Assembly (NCBI GenBank): GCA_030390025.1
Contig: CM059433.1
Span: forward strand, 3,534,001 to 3,598,000
DNA from: Squalus acanthias
Taxonomy: Eukaryota
Direction: 5' to 3'
DNA: 64,000 nucleotides
The notes beneath the pieces were generated by a model that was not told where the DNA came from, did not search any database, and saw only the letters and a program-made list of their open reading frames with translations. Below, in pieces: positions 36,000 through 48,012 of this stretch (its first letter is position 1; every line of letters begins with the position of its first letter). The translations under genes and the position numbers were made by a program.

Positions 36000-36689
36000 G
36001 GGCTGGAATGGGGGCGGACTTGAAAGAGCAGGGAGGTGTGCACTGTTGTGCCCTGGCGCCGAACCGTGCGTGGTAGTAACAGTGGCCCGGGTTAGTGGGG
36101 CGTGAAGGACCCGTGGGCCTGGTGACAGGCCCTTGTGGCCGCGTGCTGGATGGTGAGGGGCGCGCCAGGCATTGGCTGCCAGGTCCGGAGTGATGTCGCG
36201 GCTGGAGTGAGCGGACAGCAGCTTGTCGGCCTCATCGGCCAGGGCTTCCAGGTTCGTGAGGCCGGACGCCACGATCGCTGGGCGGATGCTGAGAGGGAGC
36301 TGGCGGATGAACAGCGTGCGGAAGAGGGATCCGGGTGGGCTCTCGTTGGTGAGGGAGAGCATGTGGGAGAGGAGGTCTGACGGTGAGGCATCACCGAGAC
36401 CTGGAAGGTCGAGGAGGTGGCAGTTTCGCTGATATGCCGAGGCCGTAAATTTTTTAAGGAGCGCTGTCCTGAGATGTGCGTACTTGCCTTCCTCTGGTGG
36501 GTTCTACAGCGTTGTCCAAACCTTGGAAACTGCGGCGCTACCGAGTGATGTGATGAGATAGTCGTACTTCGTCCCATCTGTGGTGATATTTTGCAGCCGG
36601 AAGCGAGATTCAGCTTGGAGAAACCAGGCTTCAGGCTGGTTTTCCCAAAACTCCGGCAGTTTCACGGAAACTGCGTTCGTATCCGCCAT
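36000..36689 (-). pseudogene. gag: gag remnant with stop codon and frameshifts
   Basis: MADTNAVSVKLPEFWENQPEAWFLQAESRF; CYYHARFGARAQQCTPPC (C-X2-H-X9-C-X3-C) at ~36030-36083. Confidence 0.85.
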
Positions 36690-36714
36690 TGCAGTGCTCG
36701 GAATACGTTCTGAG

Positions 36715-36728
36715 CGTCGGGGTCACCA
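36715..36728 (-). other. Primer-binding site complementary to the tRNA-Trp 3' end
   Basis: TGGTGACCCCGACG lies 1 nt inside the 5' LTR. Confidence 0.85.
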
Positions 36729-36729
36729 A

Positions 36730-36968
36730 TATTGAGGCTGCCGCGAAACATGAATTAAGGCTGAATCCATTTGTGTTAAACAAGAGACTTTTTAATCACA
36801 GCATGGTACAAAATGGCAGACTGAAAAGCCCCCAGCATTCTCTGGGTAAAACCTGAGGCCCCGCCCCCTTCTGCCTTAAAGGTAAGGTGCCTTAAAGGGG
36901 AAGGTGCTGGAAATTTGTCCACAGACGGAAGAGTGGATTATGCCCGTTTTAGGTGGTGATCCGCCACA
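36730..36968 (-). repeat. 5' LTR
   Basis: Direct repeat of 33361-33599; followed by TSD CCCT. Confidence 0.95.
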
Positions 36969-37394
36969 CCCTCACATTTGTGGTATCATCCTTGTAAATC
37001 TTCCACAAACGACAAAAGTAAGGACAACCTGCTAGAATGGGCCAAGTACTTAGTACCAGCCTATGAGAGTAGTTTGGGCAATACATCCGAACTATTCTAA
37101 ACTGTTTGTGCCTTGAGTCTTTATTCACTGCACCAACACTCTCCCTCCCCCTCCCAGCTTGTTTCTTCTGTCTCTTCACTGTTGCTATTCTCTGAAATCT
37201 TTTCCCCATTATCTGTAACGATGCTGCAGTGTGGAGCCCACTGATCATGGAATGCAGGCTCCCAAAGCAACTTGGAAGTTATTAAACTACTTACACTGAA
37301 TGCTGGGGCCCTCTTGTTTGGTGCCCCAGAGATACAGGATCAATCTCTTACTCCATTCATTTCCTAAACTGAGCCAAAAAGAGGTGGAGACACT

Positions 37395-38213
37395 GGGCGC
37401 GATCTCGCCAGCCCTGGGGAGGCGGGTATGGAGGCGGGACTGCCGGGAAAATGGCAGAATCTGGGGGCGCGTACCCATTCCCGCCCCAACCCACCTCCGT
37501 GCCATCTTCCCGGGAGGCGGGTAACCGACCCGCGCCGGGTCCCGTCTCCTGGAGGTGGGAAGGGGATTACAGCCACTTAACTGCCTGTTAACAGGTAGTT
37601 ATCAGGCAGTTAAGAGGATTATCCCCATTTTACCCACACAAGTGCGGGCTTCCCGAAGGCTACAAACCCCGCCAGGGTCAGCGAGGCGAGCAGTGGGTCT
37701 GCGGGGGTCAGAGGGGTGCAAAAGTGCGCTGTGAAGGTAAGTGATGGGTGCAAGTGTGGAGAGGTAAGTATGTGAGGTGAGTGAAAAGTGATAGAAAGTG
37801 TTTACTTACCTTTGTTTCTTCCTGCAGGCTTCAAACGTTGGGGATGTGGAGAGTCTCACATCTCACATTCTCCGATGCAACAACCATCTAATTTCTGCTC
37901 ACAAAAGAGGTTTGATGAGTCTTGAATACAAGAACTCATCAAACTACAGAGAATGTCAGTGTTTGACAGTTTCACAGAGCTGTCAAACGATGACAATTCA
38001 TCTGTCAAAGAATTTTGACAGATGAAACGTCATACGATGACGTTCTCTGTAACCGGCTTCCCCTTAATTGGCCTGCTGAGCCCGCTGGGCGGGCTTAACA
38101 AGGTCAATCAAGGGAAAATAGCGTGGGTTGGCCAGAAGTCGATGGGGGCGGGACTAAAACCCAACAAGTGGGAGTCCCGCCTCCAAAAGCTCCCCATTGG
38201 CAAAATCCAGCCC
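37395..38213. mobile_element. Non-autonomous Harbinger element (family A)
   Basis: Ends GGGCGCGATCT / AAAATCCAGCCC; flanks ACT / TCT; arms homologous to 18444-22945. Confidence 0.75.
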
Positions 38214-39588
38214 TCTGAGTAAAGGTTGCTCCCTCTGCACCAGAAGTGTAAATCACATGGGGGAATCATCAAAAGGTCAGCATTGCTTATCTCAAGACAG
38301 TAGCTTAAAGTGCGCACTGGCAGAAGGTTGAAAGCAGGATATAGACCTGTAGCAGAGACACAAAATCCACCAATACTGGGGAAAAACGTAGGGCACATGT
38401 CCTTCATTGACAGGTAAATGCCCTCCTTGATAATAAATGTAAGAAGAAGTCTATAACAATTCAAAACTCCACTATAACCGATCATCAGTAAGTTCCTGCA
38501 TTAACTAAGACATGACCATGGCCACGTCATTTGGTGGAAAATATTTTGCTTTGAGAAGAGATCCTTTAAGGTGAAAAGCCCTTGCATGAAAAATTAAAGA
38601 ACATAATATTCTTTGGGATACAGCAATAAAAACATGCAATATTTATTGCTTTTAACTATGTTATTCTATCCAGTAATTACAAGATTTTCAGACTTAAATT
38701 AATAATGGAGGTTAAACCAAAGGAAATTGGAAAGCCTATTCCTAAACCCTTTGTGGCTGTAAGAATTGTAGGGTTATCTTGTGCTTTCAGAATAATTGCA
38801 CTGTATTTAACCTCCTGGTTCAAGTCCATTGACTAATGCAGCAATTTTCAATGTTCATGTCCGTATTGTGACTTACCTCATGTGACATCTAAGTATTTAT
38901 GATTTAAAGTCTGACTTGGAAAATGTATTTTGAATTAAGATAATATAAAACAGTTTCTATATGTAGTGCTTAATAAAATGAATCACAAAACTGGCCTCAC
39001 AGGCATTGAAACAATTTTATTCCTATACCTGTGGATTTGAATGCCTGAAAACCACAGCGCAGTTAGCAAGAGGGAATTAATCCCAATGTCCGTACTCCCA
39101 GCTAGGAGTTACATTCACAGGAAGCATGGGTCAGAGAATCGAGGCTACAATATTCTAGCCACATCTTCAAAAAGAGCCCTCTTCGAGCAGGGCTTCCCAA
39201 CTGGGAACGCAGGGTCACAGAATTAACCCTCTGCTAGATACTGTCAACGACGTAATCAGGTTGCAGATTCCCCGGAAAGAATCATTGCCTGGGTGGTAAC
39301 CTGATCGATCGCCTGCCCGTTATCAAACCTGCCCAATTTGATTTCCATTGAAGTCAATGGCAATGAGAAATGCCAGTTTTACATCCAGGTGGCAAGTTGA
39401 AAATCTACCCCGACATGCCTCGATGTCCCTTCCTGAAAGTCAATCCACGCTTACCTCAAAGTAAGGTCAAGCAGGACCTGAAAGGGAAGACAGGTTAACA
39501 TTTTAAGTGGGACCTTCATCAAAACCTGATGTACATTGCTTGAAATGGTGGCATTTGTCACTGCTTGATGCGAAGATTGATGTGGGGG

Positions 39589-39594
39589 CACACA

Positions 39595-39628
<34 letters not shown>
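39589..39628. repeat. (CA)n microsatellite
   Basis: Direct observation. Confidence 0.95.
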
Positions 39629-39630
<2 letters not shown>

Positions 39631-40933
39631 GGCCGCGATTTTGTGCCTGGAGGTGGGATGGTGAGGGGGGTCCACTGTTCGGCGGGTTCCGGGCCCGCTC
39701 CTGGTTCCCGCCGCCCTGCAGTTGAAATTTTCCGTTGATTAACATAGAAGATAGGAGCAGGAGTAGGCCATTCGGCCCCTCGAGCCTGCTCCGCCATTCA
39801 ATGAGATCATGGCTGATCATCCAAATTCAGTACCCTGTCCCTGCCTTCTCCCCATATCCCTTGATACCTTTAGCTTTAAGAAATATATCTAACTCATTCT
39901 TGAATATATTTAATGACTTGGCCTCAACTACCTTCTGTGGTAGAGAATTCCACAGGTTCACCACTCTCTGGGTGAAGAAATTCCTCCTCATTTCTGTCCT
40001 GAATGGCTTACCTGTTATCCTTAGATTATGACCCCTGGTTCTGGACTCTCCGACCATCGGGAACAGTCTTCCTGCATCTAGTTTGTCCAGACCTGTTAGA
40101 ATTTTATAAGTTTCAATGAGATCCCCTCTCATTCTTCTATACTCCAGCGAGTATAAGCTCAATCGACCCAATCTCTCCTCATATGTCATTCCTGCCATCC
40201 CAGGTATCAGCCTTGTGAATCTTCGCTGAACTCCTTCCATGGCAAGAACATCCTTCCTCAGATAAGGCCTCGTTAAGGCCGACGTGCGGGTTCTCCGAGG
40301 CACTTGCACGGTGTGGGTCAGCTGCTCGCGTCTGATGAAGCGATGTCGGCCCGATTATTTAAAGGGGACACGTTCCCTCTGCAGATTCATTTCTGTTTTT
40401 GTTCCCTGAAGAGCTGGCTGCTGCAGGTATGGCAGCGCGAAAACCGAAGGCTGCTCCCCGCTTCGAGGAGGTTACAGTGGATCTAGAGTGCACAACACAT
40501 ACTTGCAGCCTAAACACAGAATATGCCCCCCCAAATGATTCAATCACCAACCTCACAGATTTCTAAATGACCAGATTTGAGCATGCAGCTTTTACACTGC
40601 AGATGCAGCTGTGAAGTCTCCAGCTCACTGGTGTTCCCGCCTCACTTACCTGGCGTGTTGTCGGAACGTCATGAAACCCGATCCAGAAACTGGAAAAATC
40701 CAAAAACCCTGTGAAAATATCTCGAAACCAACACTTAATAGGCAGTGAAGGGCCTTTAAGCCCTTTTCCGCCGCTTGGTGTCGGGTCCGTTTGTAAATCG
40801 GAGACCCGACACTCGGGAATGATGCGTGGAGGCGGGATCACGGCAGGTTCCGAACCCGCCGTCAATCATTGTGAATTAAACCTCTGACCCGCCTCCAATC
40901 CCGCCTCCTCTGAGCGCCGGCAATATTCCAGAC
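39631..40933. mobile_element. Family-A-like Harbinger derivative in reverse orientation, split by CR1
   Basis: Ends GGCCGCGATTTT / AATATTCCAGAC; shares cccgcctccaa, ttaaggcc and ttaaaggg motifs with the other copies. Confidence 0.55.
39741..40266 (-). mobile_element. CR1 3' end
   Basis: PYLRKDVLAMEGVQRRFTRLIP...GYGEKAGTGY. Confidence 0.9.
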
Positions 40934-41199
40934 TTTGCCCTCTTGGCAGGTAGCTTCACCCACTGAGAACACATATTGGAAATTCTGGTGTGGAATGCCT
41001 ATGATTTCTGACCATAAATGTGACCAGAACCTCCAATATGTGCTTTGAGCGGAAGAGGCTTTCTGCTTCGAACACAAAGCCTGAAAATTGCCTCTGGTGT
41101 GTGAGTGGAAACAGAAATTTTGCTCAGTCGTTTGAATTGATCCTTTTCACATCTCCCTCTTCGTATTATGACACTGCCTAAAAATCCAAGAAAGCCCAT

Positions 41200-42343
41200 A
41201 AACCGACGGTGCCACCATGGGGCGAGGTTTGTTCACACCCGTAAAAAGACCGCAGCCAGCACCGGATCTTGGTGCTCGTTGCTCATTATCATTATTGTGG
41301 CGTTCAGCCCAGCGCTGAATGGCTGAACGACCAGCAAAGACTGTGAGGTAGGTCGGGGCTCAGAGCCAGCATTGGGGGGAGGTCAGGACTCGGGGCCAGC
41401 ATTGGGGGGGGGGTTTAGGACTTGGGGCCAGCATTGGGGAGAGGTCAGGACTCTGGGCCAGCATTGGGGGGGGTTCAGGACTCGGGGCCAGCATTGGGGG
41501 GGGGGTCGGGACTCGGGGCCAGCATTGGGGGGAGGTTGGGACTCGGGGCCAGCATTGGGGGGAGGTCAGGACTCGGGGCCAGCATTGGGGGGGGGGGGTC
41601 GGGGTTCGGGGCCAGCACTGGGGGGAGGTTGGGACTCGGGGCCAGCATTGGGGGGAGGTCAGGACTTGGAGCCAGCATTGGGGGGGGGTCAGGACTTGGG
41701 GCCAGCATTGGGGGGAGGTCAGGACTCGGGGCCAGCATTGGGGGGTGGGTCGGGACTCGGGGCCAGCATTGGGGGGGGGTCAGGACTCGGGGCCAGCATT
41801 GGGGGGTGGTCAGGACTCGGGGCCAGCATTGGGGGGGGTCGGGACTCGGGGCTAGCATTGGGGGGTGGTCAGGACTCGGGGCCAGCATTGGGGGGGGGTC
41901 GGGACTCGGGGCTAGCATTGGGGGGTGGTCAGGACTCGGGGCCAGCATTGGGGGGTGTTGGAGGTGGAGCCAAGCTCGGGGGCAGATTGGAGAATGCCTG
42001 GTGGTGGAGTCAGGAGTGAGGTCGGAGATGATAATGGTAAGTACTTAACTTTTTTTCATTCGGCGCTGTTTAACGCTTGTTTTCCCGGGAGTAAACATCA
42101 CTGGTGCTGGTTGGCGCAGACACAAGCCAAATTTGCGAGAGGGAGCAGAAGCAGGCATTGGGCCCCTAATTTGTATATGTTGATAGGCTAATGCCTGCTT
42201 TAGACAAAGATAAACAACGCCTCTTTTTTTGCCCTCACCAATATGGCGTCCGACACGGCCCATGCCGGAAGTGGGTGGAAGCGAGGCGGACGCTATTTTT
42301 ACCACAAAACCAACTGGCGCTGAACCCCTGAATTTCTAGGCCC
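41200..42343. mobile_element. Harbinger-type element containing a G-rich minisatellite (left boundary uncertain)
   Basis: Right TIR GAATTTCTAGGCCC; subterminal ggaagcgaggcgg..gctatttt shared with ~15140-15167. Confidence 0.55.
41353..41956. repeat. ~30-bp G-rich minisatellite (GGTCAGGACTCGGGGCCAGCATTGn), about 20 units
   Basis: Direct observation; variable G-run length. Confidence 0.95.
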
Positions 42344-42600
42344 ATGTATTTAGGGACACTTTTTGATTATCCCAGTCCTGCATTGGGCTATCAGTGGCGA
42401 CATGATACTTCAATCAGCAACACAAGACTTGAGAGTTTTGCTTTCCTTTTATTGGTCGTGCATTCAGGGAATATCTCAAAACAGAATTCAAAACAAACAA
42501 AAGCCAAATGGTGAACATGGAACTGCCTCATTGTACAGGTAGTTAGTATATCTATGCTCTTGTCTCATCTTTGGTTTGGTCAGCACTAAACAGAGACTTT

Positions 42601-43220
42601 GGGCTGGATTTTCAATGACCCGTGGAGTCGGGTTTGGAGGCGGCGGGGGGGGGGGGTGTTAAAGTTGCAGAATTGGGGGTCCCGACCCCATCCCGACTCC
42701 AACCCACCTCCATGCCAGTTTCTCTGGCGGCGGGTACCTGACCTGGTCTGAGACCCGACTCCCCGAGGCGGGAAGGGATTAGTGACAATTAACTGCCTGT
42801 TAACAGGTAGTTAACAGGCAGTTTTTTGCATAATCCCTATTTTAAAAAGAAAAGTGTGGGCTTCCCGACAGGTGGCAAACACTCCAAGTTATCGGGGCGG
42901 GCCGTGGGTCTGCAGGGGTTGGAGGGGTCGATATGTCTGGTGGGCAGGTGAGTGATGGGTGCATGTGTGCAGAGGTAAGTGTGTAAGGTAAGTGCTAAGT
43001 GTTGGAAAAAGTTTTACTTACCTTAACTTCCTCCTGCAGGTGTCAGCCCTTCAGTTCTCGGGAGTTAGAAATCTCACCGGCACAGAAAGCAGGAAAGCCG
43101 TGGACCTGTCAAAAACAGCAGCCTTCTGTTTTCTGTGCTGGAATGATTTCTAACTCAGCCTGAATGGAAGGACTGAAGTTAGAAATCATATTGTGAGTGT
43201 TTGACAGCTTCACAGAGCAA
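42601..43220. mobile_element. Family A Harbinger derivative, right end missing
   Basis: Left TIR GGGCTGGATTTT; collinear with 37395-37990. Confidence 0.7.
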
Positions 43221-43269
43221 ACATTCTTCAATTAAACTGAAAAATCTAACTTTTTTTTAATCTCCTTTT

Positions 43270-43810
43270 TCCACCAACTTCCTCCTCTTCCACTGCTGAA
43301 AGAATGCTCAGTGTTTACTCAGGTTTGGCTCTATGGGTGCCGGCCATTCTTCATGTTTCAGCCTAGACAGTGAGTGTCAGAAGGCTTTTGCACGGCTGGT
43401 TGCCTCCCGGCTGAGCTAATCCTGCCCTCACCCACGTATCCACACCTTCAGCAATGGTCACTGAAGGGCAGTTAGAGAGCAAAAGCTAGCCCAGAGATCA
43501 GTCGATTCAACACAGACCAGCGATCAAACCTGGGGCCTTCCTAGTTTGTACAGCTCAGTTATTCACTGGCTAAAATCCCTGAGAGGTCGCACAACACCAG
43601 GTTATAGTCCAACAGTTTTATTTGAAATCACAAGCTTTCGGAGCTATCGATTGCCCCTTCCTCACCTGAGGAAGGGGCAATCGATAGCTCCGAAAGCTTG
43701 TGATTTCAAATAAAACTGTTGGACTATAACCTGGTGTTGTGCGACCTCTCAATTTTGTCCACCCCAGTCCAACACCGGCATCTCCGCATCATAAAATCCC
43801 TGAACCATCG
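43270..43810 (-). mobile_element. Old tRNA-type SINE, host of the palindromic Penelope insertion
   Basis: Minus-strand B-box-like ccaggtttgatc and degenerate head; part similar to ~3400-3445. Confidence 0.4.
43583..43791. mobile_element. Penelope-like pLTR fold-back insertion, perfect palindrome, 12-bp TSD
   Basis: Arms 43580-43664 and 43667-43751 are exact reverse complements; TAAAATCCCTGA at 43571-43582 and 43792-43803. Confidence 0.9.
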
Positions 43811-43947
43811 AAGAAGCCCAATTCAATATTGGGGTAAGTTTTCATCTTTAGCACACCAGGAGCACAGATGAGAAATTTGGGCCACTCCGATTCATGGAGC
43901 CGTGAATATTTCGCCATTATTTTTGATGGACAAATAAAACACAGGCT

Positions 43948-45676
43948 TATAGAGTCATAGATTTATAGAATGATACAGCACAGAAGGAGGCCATTTGACC
44001 CATCTTGCCTCATGTCGCCTTTGGATCTTCTGCCAATCACCTTAAATCTGTGTCCTGTAGTTCTCGACCCTTCCGCCAATGGGAACAGTTTCTCTCTATC
44101 TACTCTGTCTAGACCCCTCATGATTTTGAACACCTCTATCAAATCTCCTCTCAACCTTCTCTGCTCTAAGAACATCCCTAGGTTCTCCAGTCTATCAACG
44201 CAACTGAAGTCCCTCATTCCTGGAACCATTCTCGTAAATCTATTCTGCACTCTCTCTAAGGCCTTCACATCCTTCCTAAAGTGCGGTGCCCAGAATTGGA
44301 CACAATGGGGCAGAAATTAGGCATGCGCGGGAAACCGGCACTTCCGTTCCCCTGAAGGAAGGGGTTCAGAGGTCGAACGCGCACGGCGGAGGGCCAGCGC
44401 GTTCGCCTCGCACTTCGGGTTTTTTCTCGTGAGGGTAAGCACGGAGAAGATACACATTGAAAAAGGAGTCGCGCAAGGCCTTCTTTTAACAAGGTAAGTG
44501 TTGATTTTATTAAAATTTAAACATTTTTTTCACAGATTTATCTTTTTTAATTATTTTAAAGAAAGGTAAGTTTAGTTTTAACCCCGTTAAAAAGTATAAT
44601 TAATTTTTTCAAAAATTTAAATATTTTTGTTTAAAATAGTTAATTAATGTAATTTATAGTTATTTTAAAAATGTGATGTTTATTTAAAAATTTATTTGTA
44701 GTTTTAGGGATGTTTTGGGGCCGATCTGTATTCATAGATTTGACAGGTCTTCCTGTCAAATCTATGAATGAAAGATGGTCTGCTGCCATTGGCTCTCCAT
44801 GGCCCACGTGATCCCAGGGGACGCATCGCACTAACTGCGCCCCTGGGACACGCAAGCACTGCGCGCCGGCACTTGGAGCAGGCCCAGGAGCCGAATTCCT
44901 CGTGGGCCCAGGGGTCAACGGCAGGCGCGGTAGGTAGGTGCGCACGCGATCCTTGCACCCGCGGGAAGCCAGGGAGCCGAATTTCTGGCCCAATACTCCA
45001 GTTGAGGCTGAACCAGTGTTTTATACAGGTTCATCATAATTTCCATGCTTTTGTACTCTATACCTCTATTTATAAAGCCCAGGATCCCGTAATCCTTTTT
45101 AACTGCTTTTTCAACCTGCCCTGCCACCTTCAACGATTAATGCACATATACCCCCAGGTCTCTCTGTTCCTGCACCCCCTTTAAAATTCTACCATCTAAT
45201 TCATATTGCCTCTCCTCATTCTTCCTACCAAAATGAAACACTTCACACTTTTCTGTGTTAAATTTCATCTGCCACGTGTCTGTCTATGTCCTCCTGAAGT
45301 CTGTTACTGGCCTGCTCATTGTTTACTACATTTCTGAGTTCCGTGTCATCTGCAAACTTTGAAGCTGTGCCCTGTATACTCAAGTCTAGGTCATTAATAT
45401 ATTAATATATATCAAAAACAGCAGTGGTCCCAATGCTGGGGGACACCACTGCACACTTCCCTCCAGTCTGAAAAACAACCGTTCACCACTGCTTTCTGTC
45501 CCTTAGCCAATTTCATACCCACGGTGCCACTGTCCCTTTTAATCACATGGGCTTTAATTTTGCTAACAAGTCTATTATGTGGCACTTTATCAAACGCCTT
45601 TTAAAAGTCCATATACACAACATCAACTGCACTGCCCTCATCAACCCTCTCCATTACTTCATCAAAGAACTCAACC
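43948..45676 (-). mobile_element. Degenerate CR1 interrupted by a MITE
   Basis: KALERVQNRFTRMVPG and KVAGQVEKAVKK lie either side of 44307-44991. Confidence 0.85.
44307..44991. mobile_element. Harbinger-type MITE with 3-bp TSD AAT
   Basis: TIRs GGGGCAGAAATT / AATTTCTGGCCC; AAT on both sides restores the CR1 sequence ggacacaatactcc. Confidence 0.85.
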
Positions 45677-47912
45677 AAAAAAAATATATTCCACTGAAAA
45701 GAAAAGGGTGTAAAAGAAAGGACAGTCATCCGTGGCTAAGTAAAGAAATTAAGGATAGTATTCGACTAAAAACAAGGGCATATAAGGTAGCGAAATCTAG
45801 TGGGAGGACAGAGGATTGGGAAAACTTTAAAAGGCAGCAAAAAATAACAAAAAGATTGATTAAGAAAGGGAAGATAGATTATGAAAGTAAATTAGCAAAA
45901 AATATAAAAACAGATAGTAAGAGTTTTTATAGTTATATAAAAAGAAAAAGGGTGGCTAAAGTAAATGTTGGTCCCTTAGAGGATGAGACCGGGAAATTAA
46001 TGGTGGGAAATATGGAGATGGCAAAAACACTGAATGAATATTTTGTATCAGTCTTTACAGTAGAGGACACTAAGAATATCCCAACACTGGACAAACAGGG
46101 GGCTATAGGGGGAGAGGAGCTAAACACGATCAAAATCACTAAGGAAGTGGTACTCGGTAAAATAATGGGACTCAAGGCGGATAAATCACCTGGACCTGAT
46201 GGCTTACATCCTAGAGTCTTGAAGGAAGTGGCGGTAGGGATTGTAGATGCATTGGTAATAATTTTTCAAAACTCCCTGGATTCCGCTAAGGTCCCGGCAG
46301 ACTGGAAAACTGCTAATGTAACACCCTTATTTAAAAAGGGCAGTAGACAGAAGGCTGGTAACTATAGACCGGTTAGCCTAACATCTGTGGTAGGTAAAAT
46401 TTTGGAGTCCATTATTAAGGAAACAGTAACAGGACATTTGGATAATCATAATTTAATAGGACAAAGTCAGCATGGTTTTACGAAGGGGAAGTCATGTTTG
46501 ACAAATTTGCTGGAGTTCTTTGAGGAAGTAACATATAGAGTGGATAAAGGGGAACCAGTGGACGTAGTGTATTTAGACTTCCAAAAGGCATTTGACAAGG
46601 TGCCACACAAAAGATTATTGCTTAAGGTAAAAAATCACGGGATTGGGGGTAATATTCTGGCATGGATAGAGGATTGGCTATCTAACAGAAAGCAAAGAGT
46701 TGGGATAAGTGGTTCATTCTCAGACTGGCAATCAGTAACTAGTGGTGTTCCACAGGGGTCAGTGCTGGGTCCCCAACTCTTCACAATCTATATTAACGAT
46801 TTGGAGGAAGGGACCAAGTGTAACATATCAAAATTTGCAGATGATACAAAGATGGGAGGGAAAGTAGTGAGTGAGGAGGACATAAAAAACCTGCAAGGGG
46901 ACATAGACAGGCTAAGTAAGTGGGCAGAGATTTGGCAGATGGAATACAACACTGGAAAGTGTGAGGTGATGCACTTTGGCAGGAAAAATCCTAGAGCAAT
47001 TTATTATCTTAATGGCAAGAAACTGGAGAGTACTGAAGTGCAAAGGGATCTGGGGGTCCTGGTGCACGAAACTCAAAAGGTTAGTATGCAGGTGCAGCAA
47101 GTGATTAAGAAGGCAAATGGAATGTTGGCTTTCATTGCTAGGGGGATAGAATATAAAAATAGGGAGGTATTGCTTCAGTTGTACAAGGTATTGGTGAGAC
47201 CGCACCTGGAATACTGCATACAGTTTTGGTGTCCTTACTTAAGGAAAGACATCCTTGCTCTCGAGGCAGTGCAAAAAAGGTTCACTCGGTTAATCCCGGG
47301 GATGAGGGGGTGGTCATATGAGGAGAGGTTGGGTAGATTGGGACTCTACTCATTGGAGTTCAGAAGAATGAGAGGCGATCTTATTGAAACATATAAGATT
47401 GTGAAGGGGTTGGATCGGGTGGATGCGGGGAGGATGTTCCCGATGACGGGTGAGACGAGAACTAGGGGACATAGTCTTAGAATAAGGGGCTGCTCTTTCA
47501 AAACTGAGATGAGGAGGAACTACTTCACTCAGAGGGTGGTAGGTCCATGGAATATGCTGCCACAAAAAGCTGTAGAAGCTACAACATTAATTAAATTTAA
47601 AACAGAAATAGACAGTTTCCTAGAAGTAAAGGGCATTAAGGGTTACGGGGAGCGGGCAGGAATTTGGACATGAGTCTAGGTTCGGATCGGTCATGGCCCT
47701 GTGGGTAGTGGAGCGGGCCCACGGACTGTGTAGCCTGATTCTGCTCCTATTTCGTGTGTGCAATTCTGTTAGATGCAGGAGATGGTTCTGTGATAGATAG
47801 TAGATTGGCGGTTAGGATCAGATCAGCCATGATCTTATTGAATGGCGGAGCAGGCTCGAGGGGCCGATTGGCCTACTCCTGCTCCTATTTCTTATGTTCT
47901 TATGTTCTTATG
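45677..47912 (+). mobile_element. 5'-truncated CR1 with uninterrupted RT (ORF ends at 47673) and long 3' UTR
   Basis: All RT motifs present; the first ~43 aa of the listed 708-aa ORF are antisense of the neighbouring CR1. Confidence 0.92.
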
Positions 47913-48012
47913 TAAGTTAGTCACACACGATTCGCATTTAACAAGTCCATGCTGGCTCTTGTTTATTAACTCACATTTTTCCAAGTGCCAATCAATTTTG
48001 TCCTGGATTAAT

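Larger units (their letters stand above)
33361..36968 (-). mobile_element. Gypsy LTR retrotransposon, CsRn1-like lineage, non-autonomous (RT deleted)
   Basis: Two 239-bp LTRs, 4-bp TSD CCCT, tRNA-Trp PBS, polypurine tract, CHCC-type Gag knuckle, protease, RNase H and integrase. Confidence 0.93.
32900..37005 (-). mobile_element. CR1 3' fragment (32900-33360 plus 36973-37005) split by the Gypsy insertion
   Basis: GYTYQERMNRLGL...GYADRVR; tataccct|cacattt continuity across the LTR element. Confidence 0.85.

Noticed and set aside
33584..36432. Long plus-strand ORFs over the Gypsy element
   Set aside because: Antisense shadows of GC-rich gag/pol with no recognisable motifs.
41372..42048. Gly-rich and Pro-rich repeat ORFs
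   Set aside because: Translations of the G-rich minisatellite; frames shift with G-run length.
45547..45676. N-terminus of the 708-aa ORF as a novel RT fusion
   Set aside because: Chance read-through from the antisense strand of the adjacent CR1 into a 5'-truncated CR1.
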